Shown here in pieces: positions 58,578-64,000 of a stretch of 64,000 nucleotides of DNA. The position numbers and the translations under genes are program-made. The notes beneath the pieces were generated by a model. It had not been told where the DNA came from and ran no database searches. It saw nothing but the letters and a program-made list of their open reading frames with translations. This DNA is from a virus (Duplodnaviria; Caudoviricetes): positions 1 to 64,000 of the IMG/VR virus record IMGVR_UViG_3300000169_000002. The stretch is one strand, 5' to 3'. Position 1 is the stretch's first letter; each line of letters starts with the position of its first letter.

Positions 58578-58648
58578 TACATTGTGAAAGACACAATATT
58601 AGCAATAATATGTGTCTTTAAATATCAACAAATGGGAGGAAAAAAGAA

Positions 58649-59356
58649 ATGGCGAAAAAACTGATCGAGATCACCAACTCTGTTGCCAGCAAAGCATTTT
58701 ATTGTGAAAAGGATGTCGGCGGCGAAGCCAAAAAGGCAGAGGTCGACATTGCGGTTCAATCCATTATCGATACCGGCATTTCGAATGCAATTCCGCGGAC
58801 TCTCTATCTCATGATGGAACAAGATCCGCGGGAAGAAGTGCAGCTGGTCTTGGGGCCCTTCACGTATGGCCTCATTGCCAGGAAATCCGGCGAAGACGGC
58901 CTCTCGTTCAACCCCACGTTCAGCTTGACTGACGAAAAGAAACTTCTCAATGAACTGGAGCTTTTCGCCGACAAGCTGACCAACCGTGTTGGCATGATCG
59001 AAGAAATGGCCAACGCGATTGACAACGAAGTTTATCTGGAGACGGTCCTCCACACCTGCAGACTGGATGAATATGATCCGGTTGAAGGCGAATGGATCGA
59101 AAAGAAAGCCGACGCCGACAAGGGTGTTGAACTCGACCAAACGGCAGCCAAGCTGTTCACGGCGCTGCACATTTCTGCAATTCTGCATGTTCTGGCCGAC
59201 AAAAAGAATCCGGATGAAGTCTTCAAATATGAAGTTCCCGGCGAAGGAACTTACACCATTGAAAGAAAGAAAGACAAATGGGAAATCGGCTTCATCCCGT
59301 CCAAGGAATTCAAGCAAACCATCAAGAACGACCGGCTCATCGAAGCTCTTGTCTGA
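58649..59356 (+). CDS. Hypothetical protein (GC-rich codon class), possible tandem HU-like fold
   Basis: 235-aa ORF with GGAGG RBS; C-terminal VPGEGTY...FIPSKEFKQTIK resembles the HU C-terminus (function inferred). Confidence 0.7.
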   Translation: MAKKLIEITNSVASKAFYCEKDVGGEAKKAEVDIAVQSIIDTGISNAIPRTLYLMMEQDPREEVQLVLGPFTYGLIARKSGEDGLSFNPTFSLTDEKKLLNELELFADKLTNRVGMIEEMANAIDNEVYLETVLHTCRLDEYDPVEGEWIEKKADADKGVELDQTAAKLFTALHISAILHVLADKKNPDEVFKYEVPGEGTYTIERKKDKWEIGFIPSKEFKQTIKNDRLIEALV

Positions 59357-59467
59357 TTCACGGCGCCTCAATAAACCGAAACCGGAGTTATTCTCCGGTT
59401 TCGGTCCACCTATTATATGAACAATTTTTTACAGAAAATCATATAAGGAAGAAGGGGAAGATGGGGT

Positions 59468-61348
59468 TTGCCGAACTATGTTAGTCAATTGGTAGCTAAA
59501 ATTTCTGATAAGATGGCTGTAGATGTTAATGATGACCTGTTTGATAGAAGAAAAGGAAAACAAATCTGGGAGTTCATTGCAGATGATTTAAAGTCTATCG
59601 AAATGCTTCCAGGTATTTTCGTAAGGGATGTCGAATATATTAGAGACCCCTCGAAAATAGATGTCAGACTCAATATCAGAAATGTCAAGAATAAGAAAAT
59701 TATAAAGAACCGAATAGAGAAGCTTATTCCGGTTCAACCTGACGTTTTTGACGCGATCAAATTCACTGTGGATATAGTTGGAGAGAAGAAAGTTGAAAAT
59801 ATAATTCTTCTCCCAAAATATATAGATCGTTATCATTTTATGATTTCAGGAAACAAAACTCTTGCAATGTTTCAAGTGGTTGATAATGCCACTTATAATC
59901 GAAAAGGTGAAGTTATCCTGAAGTCTAGAATACAGCTGAGACTTAGTAGAGAGGATAAGAGAAAAAGATACCATTTGATTTGTGTAGCGTCCGGGCAAGA
60001 ATTTAAAATCAATAATCTTGTGGTCAATCTGTTCAAGAAAACTTTCAATCCTCTCTATTATTTTGCAGCCAAAAAAGGAATTCTCGGGACTATCGACTTT
60101 TTCGGTTATACGAAATTTCTTAATGTAGTGACCGAAGTCAAGAATCCTGATTTGTTCTATTATTTCAGGGCAAATTCCAACATTCTTCTCGAAGCAGAGA
60201 AAACCCTGTTTGAAGAGGATGGGTTCCTCAGAACGTTTACTGGAATGCTCTGTCAGATCTTTAATAGTAGAAACAAAATCGAAGATATTTATGATGAAGA
60301 GTTGTGGGTTAAAAGACTTGGTTCTCTTTTCACATCAGCCGCTAAAAATCAATTGAATAAAGGTTATGACGTTCTCAAATCATTTGTAAACGTTCTCGAT
60401 TCTACGACTCAAAATGCCCTTCGTATTGATTACAAAGACAAAGCTGATATTTATTGTGTGCTTCGTTGGATGATGAGAGAGTTCAACGAACTTAGGAACA
60501 TGGATAATAATTCTCTTCTGAATAAGAGAATTCGTATAAACGAGTATATTGCTGCCTATTTTGGCCGATATCTCAAAGATAAAGTAAACTATGCTCTCAA
60601 CTTGAAGCCGTATGATAAAGAAAAACTTGCAAAAATCTTCAAGTTTGATGAACATATTCTTATCAAGTCTTTGTTCAGAGGAAAGAAACCATCTCCTCTA
60701 TTTAGGTACAATATTGATATCAATGATCTTCAGGCTTTGAATGGTCTGAAATTCTCGTTTACAGGTATTCAAGGTCTCCCATCTGATAAAGTTAAAGATG
60801 AGCAACGGGATATTTATCCGAGCCATCTTGGGAGATTTGAACTTAATGCTATTTCATCCAGCTCTCCTGGTATCTCCGGCATGCTTACTCCGTTCTGTAA
60901 GATTTATGATGGTGGGTACTTTGGAGAAGCGGAAGCTATTGAAAAGCCTTATGTCAAGAAGCTCTATAAGAGAATGGAAAAGATTAAAGAAAATGACCAG
61001 CTCTATGGAATGATCAAAGCTCACTATAAGAAAATTGAAGAGGAACATGAAAGACGCAAGTTCCTCATAAAATATCAAGATTTCAGAAACGAAAAAGGTT
61101 ATATTCAGATTACAAAACCGAAATATGTGCGTAACGATAAAGGATATATCCGCGTAGAAAGATTTGTTGACCCTTCAAGCTATATAAGAAATTCTAGAGG
61201 CTATATAGTTGTCAAACGCAGATTCCAGCTTATTAGGTTGAAAGTAAGATTAAAACCTGAATATATGTCTGGAACGTATATTCGCAACAATGATGGGTTT
61301 ATTGAAATCAAAATTAATGAAGACGGCCCGTTTAGTAAAAAAAGATGA
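59468..61348 (+). CDS. RNA polymerase beta subunit, N-terminal half (probably non-virion RNAP)
   Basis: LP...F.ISG, DNNSLLNKRIR, QRDIYPSHLGRFE..SSSSPGI (cf. VRDVHPSHYGRIC..ETPEGPNIG); complements 53631..55715. Confidence 0.87.
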   Translation: MPNYVSQLVAKISDKMAVDVNDDLFDRRKGKQIWEFIADDLKSIEMLPGIFVRDVEYIRDPSKIDVRLNIRNVKNKKIIKNRIEKLIPVQPDVFDAIKFTVDIVGEKKVENIILLPKYIDRYHFMISGNKTLAMFQVVDNATYNRKGEVILKSRIQLRLSREDKRKRYHLICVASGQEFKINNLVVNLFKKTFNPLYYFAAKKGILGTIDFFGYTKFLNVVTEVKNPDLFYYFRANSNILLEAEKTLFEEDGFLRTFTGMLCQIFNSRNKIEDIYDEELWVKRLGSLFTSAAKNQLNKGYDVLKSFVNVLDSTTQNALRIDYKDKADIYCVLRWMMREFNELRNMDNNSLLNKRIRINEYIAAYFGRYLKDKVNYALNLKPYDKEKLAKIFKFDEHILIKSLFRGKKPSPLFRYNIDINDLQALNGLKFSFTGIQGLPSDKVKDEQRDIYPSHLGRFELNAISSSSPGISGMLTPFCKIYDGGYFGEAEAIEKPYVKKLYKRMEKIKENDQLYGMIKAHYKKIEEEHERRKFLIKYQDFRNEKGYIQITKPKYVRNDKGYIRVERFVDPSSYIRNSRGYIVVKRRFQLIRLKVRLKPEYMSGTYIRNNDGFIEIKINEDGPFSKKR

Positions 61349-61394
61349 AAATAAATAAGCCAGGGAGATTTCCTCCCTGGCTTTATTTTTTTTT
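61339..61394. terminator. Bidirectional intrinsic terminator
   Basis: AGCCAGGGAG/CTCCCTGGCT stem flanked by A-rich and T-rich tracts between convergent genes. Confidence 0.8.
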
Positions 61395-61396
61395 GC

Positions 61397-61585
61397 TTAT
61401 TTTTCTGCATTTTGTACAGTTTCTTCAACCATATCCATGTGTTTCTTTAATATATCAGAAATATCAATAGAAATACCGAGTAATATCCAGTAAAAATACA
61501 TTCCCCTTTTTATGCTATCCGGGTCCTTAGTATTACATTCAGTCCTTTGGAATTGTTCAACCATTGATTTAGCCTCATTTGACAT
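61397..61585 (-). CDS. Small hypothetical protein
   Basis: 62-aa ORF ending at the bidirectional terminator; weak RBS. Confidence 0.45.
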   Translation of the reverse strand: MSNEAKSMVEQFQRTECNTKDPDSIKRGMYFYWILLGISIDISDILKKHMDMVEETVQNAEK

Positions 61586-61659
61586 TCAAAATCATCTCAT
61601 ATATTTTTTTATATATAGTTAAAAGAATAAGAAGGGAGACCCTTCTTATTCTTTTTTGC

Positions 61660-62376
61660 TTATTCATAACGATGATAGAATCTACGAGCTTTATTAGCAA
61701 AGCCTTTGGAATTAAACCTATCAATAACTTCTTTGCGTTCGTTCTCGCCGTTTTCGAAAATACTAAGTTTAAGGTCAGTTGTACCAATAGGCATAGTGAG
61801 TTGATCATAATGTTTCAGTTTATTATATATGAAGATTTTAATATCACATTCTGCCAAATCTAAAAATTGTTCAATAATTGATTCAGGTATTGTGGAGAAT
61901 GATGGGTACATTAATTTGAATGTAATGTATACGTCATAATCTCCGAAACCTTTTAGATAAATTCTATTTGGAGGTATATACCTGAAACTCCTGTAGCTAT
62001 AATTTGATAATGAAGCAATATTTGTCGAAGCAGAGTTTATAAGAACATCTTCGATTGTTAACGCAAATGGTCTATATGAATCCATGAAAGCATTTCCTTC
62101 AACACCAGACCTTGCACGAACATCTGCAACCGAGATTATTTTGAGATTGTTTGCTGTTATTTCTGGTATATTGATGTAATATTCATTTTCGACATCAGTT
62201 TTATTTTCGCTAGGGTTATAAAGATATCTTTTATAATAAGGAAAATATTGAGAGAAGATTGGAAGAGTATTATTAAGAAGGTTTTTATGAATTTCCGGAT
62301 ATAAGTAATCCAGTTTATATTCAACAAGACCCAAACGCTGGTTTAGGAGGATGTCCAGTATCGTATTTATATTCAT
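61660..62376 (-). CDS. Probable neck/head-completion protein (T4 gp13-like)
   Basis: N-terminal L..RLG, FRYIPPNRIYL, and a C-terminal LA...K......K.Y.QL.MP.G pattern similar to gp13; GGAGGTG RBS; downstream of the prohead protease. Confidence 0.55.
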   Translation of the reverse strand: MNINTILDILLNQRLGLVEYKLDYLYPEIHKNLLNNTLPIFSQYFPYYKRYLYNPSENKTDVENEYYINIPEITANNLKIISVADVRARSGVEGNAFMDSYRPFALTIEDVLINSASTNIASLSNYSYRSFRYIPPNRIYLKGFGDYDVYITFKLMYPSFSTIPESIIEQFLDLAECDIKIFIYNKLKHYDQLTMPIGTTDLKLSIFENGENERKEVIDRFNSKGFANKARRFYHRYE

Positions 62377-62410
62377 GAAATCACCTCCAGCGTTTTATTG
62401 CATTAATTTA

Positions 62411-63283
62411 TTATTCATGCAAGCTGCGCAGAATATTTTGATAATTACTCTTGATATAGGATTCAACCGGAACAAATACTTTTATAGAAGTTCCAAGATA
62501 AGATCCTTCAAGAATAATTTGGCCTTTATCATTGAAGACTCCTTGAGATTCCTGGAGCCCAAACAATTCTTTTGCAATTTTAACGTTATCGGATTTCTGA
62601 AGAACAAAATTGGTAATTTCTTGCTGAATATTTCTAGTGTCAATTTTGTAGTTTAAGGAGCACTCTTGAAGGAACTTGTCACTATATTCATTTGCAGCAA
62701 CGACATTTTCTGGTTTAGCGTATGCTTCTTTATGAGATGGGCGGTTGACTTGATCATAGGTGATAATGGTGAGAGGCCAGATCGCTACGTTATTAGAATC
62801 GGTAGCTCCGAATGCACGGAGAGAAAAACCCCATGGGCGACCAGCCATCAGTTTATTATACATATGAATACCGTAACCAAATGGAGCAGTAGTTACATGA
62901 CCTTTTAAAAGCCTCCCATCTTGCCAATATTTATCAATGTAATGGGAGACGAATGGGTCCAATACTTGGGATTGCCGAACGATGTCTTTGCTATCGGGAT
63001 GGCACCATTCTCCTGCCCATTGTTTCATTTTAATATCGTTTTGAATCTTGGGGTTTTCATTGAGGCCCCTCATAACGACTTTGGCAGGATAGGTGCGCCC
63101 ATTCCAGTTGATTACTTCGAAGCTTTGCAGTACAGCTTCAGCCGTAACTGTTTTTACTTTTTCACCCGTTGCCGTTTCCACCACATTTTCCCGGATGATA
63201 TTAGTTTTAATATCTTCCGGGTTAACAGCGGCTTCTACAATATAGTAGATTGGGAATTCCTTTCGTTCCTTAGTAACAAACAT
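62411..63283 (-). CDS. Prohead core protease (T4 gp21-like)
   Basis: NWNGRTYP, GEWCHP, VSH, GFSLRAFG, TYDQVNRPS. Confidence 0.88.
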   Translation of the reverse strand: MFVTKERKEFPIYYIVEAAVNPEDIKTNIIRENVVETATGEKVKTVTAEAVLQSFEVINWNGRTYPAKVVMRGLNENPKIQNDIKMKQWAGEWCHPDSKDIVRQSQVLDPFVSHYIDKYWQDGRLLKGHVTTAPFGYGIHMYNKLMAGRPWGFSLRAFGATDSNNVAIWPLTIITYDQVNRPSHKEAYAKPENVVAANEYSDKFLQECSLNYKIDTRNIQQEITNFVLQKSDNVKIAKELFGLQESQGVFNDKGQIILEGSYLGTSIKVFVPVESYIKSNYQNILRSLHE

Positions 63284-63317
63284 ATTCGATCATATCCTTT
63301 CCTATTAATTATACTAT

Positions 63318-63376
63318 TAATGTAGTGTTTAGATATCTAACCGCTGTACATTTCTATATTTGGGAACATCTGATTA
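63318..63376. promoter_or_regulatory. Divergent late-type promoters (-63318-63329, +63365-63376)
   Basis: AACA-CTACAT-TA on - and AACA-TCTGAT-TA on +. Confidence 0.6.
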
Positions 63377-63404
63377 ATCTATATAATATAAAGAGGTGTT
63401 CTGA

Positions 63405-64000
63405 ATGGGTGTCGATGTATATAAAGAATTGTATAATAAAAATTTTCTATCACAATATAAATCTCAATTATTTGAAAATTTAAAAGAAAATGACCCCGCT
63501 CAAGAATTTAATATTAATAATGATCTGGCTTTGGAGGTTATGATTATTACTCTTACTGAAATTCTTGAAGAGGCAAACTCTCAGCTTTCGGGTCCAATTA
63601 ATGAAGGTGTAGGTAGTGTTATGAGGAAGGCAAGTGATGCAATGTCTAAAGCTGCGGTTAAGGTAACGTTAGCTGACAGACAGCTTTCTGAAAGAATTAA
63701 TGATAAATTTAATAGATATCTTAAACTCTATAGAGAAAGTAAAAGAAACGCTGCATATGATACGGTTGTAAAAAGGGCAATTGATCTTTCAAGAATATTG
63801 AAAAATGTTATCATGTCTTCTATTGTGGGTCTTTTGGTTCCAGGTACTGCAGCAGTTAAACTTGTAAGTGCTATAATTGCTATATTGGTAAAAACCGCTA
63901 TTGATAAAAGAACCGACGCTAAATACAAAAATCTCATATTCAATGATTTGAAACTTGAATTGAAAATTGTTCAAGAGAAAATTAAAGATGCTGATGCTCG
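63405..64000 (+). CDS. Probable virion head protein, truncated by the window end
   Basis: Open frame from ATG 63405 (GAGGTG RBS) to the window end: MGVDVYKELY...ILEEA...PINEGVG..., acidic pro-region followed by a hydrophobic segment; absent from the ORF track because there is no stop in the window. Confidence 0.7.
   Translation, partial: MGVDVYKELYNKNFLSQYKSQLFENLKENDPAQEFNINNDLALEVMIITLTEILEEANSQLSGPINEGVGSVMRKASDAMSKAAVKVTLADRQLSERINDKFNRYLKLYRESKRNAAYDTVVKRAIDLSRILKNVIMSSIVGLLVPGTAAVKLVSAIIAILVKTAIDKRTDAKYKNLIFNDLKLELKIVQEKIKDADA

Noticed and set aside
4676-59371. Long antisense ORFs such as 4676..5227, 17768..18676, 19298..20107, 21188..21928, 41146..42456, 43307..44782, 53712..54767 and 58625..59371
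   Set aside because: They mirror well-supported + strand genes, lack RBSs and motifs, and are expected where the sense gene avoids TTA/CTA/TCA codons
32216-61348. Inteins or introns in helicase, topoisomerase, RecA, ligase or RNAP genes
   Set aside because: Reading frames are continuous, with no C/S...HN splice motifs or LAGLIDADG insertions noticed
1-64000. Bacterial chromosome or prophage origin of gyrAB, ligA, recA-like and ftsZ-like genes
   Set aside because: All are highly divergent and interleaved with virion genes, split RNAP subunits and phage-type promoters; no integrase or host operons seen
1-64000. Chimallin (phage nucleus shell), catalytic beta' (DxDGD) subunit, alternative genetic code
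   Set aside because: Neither gene is recognisable here and both may lie outside the window; long ORFs under the standard code cover nearly all of the sequence

Overview
This is a 64-kb segment of an AT-rich jumbo myophage of the phiKZ/AR9(PBS1)-like type. The host is most likely a Bacillota (Firmicutes) species, judged from GGAGG ribosome-binding sites, TTG/GTG starts, an SH3b domain and an M15 peptidase domain. The window encodes five split multisubunit RNA polymerase pieces. Promoter class suggests a virion set (beta-N, beta-C, beta'-C) and a non-virion set (beta-N, beta-C). Replication and recombination genes include a DnaB-like helicase, a Dda/RecD-like helicase, an SbcD-like nuclease, a RecA-like recombinase, RNase H, an NAD-dependent ligase and type IIA topoisomerase B and A subunits. 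Other genes encode a tubulin/FtsZ-family GTPase, a protein kinase and three tRNAs. Virion genes include a 2994-aa tape-measure-like protein with SLT and M15 domains, baseplate- and neck-like proteins, and a prohead protease. Two phage promoter classes recur: early-type TATATATTAT (about 16 copies, all on +) and late-type AACA-N6-TA. The most notable unexplained signals are: (1) a roughly 300-nt highly structured non-coding RNA with its own late-type promoter and 3' hairpin (58094-58391); (2) a YxRNxxG(Y/F)IxI motif shared by the C-termini of the DnaB helicase and an RNAP beta subunit; (3) a shared N-terminal leader on candidate head cargo proteins; (4) a stand-alone 20-aa early micropeptide next to a HExxH paralog triplet; (5) a class of GC-rich, host-codon-like genes that includes two possible HU-like proteins. 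All assignments come from reading motifs by eye; no database search or folding program was run.
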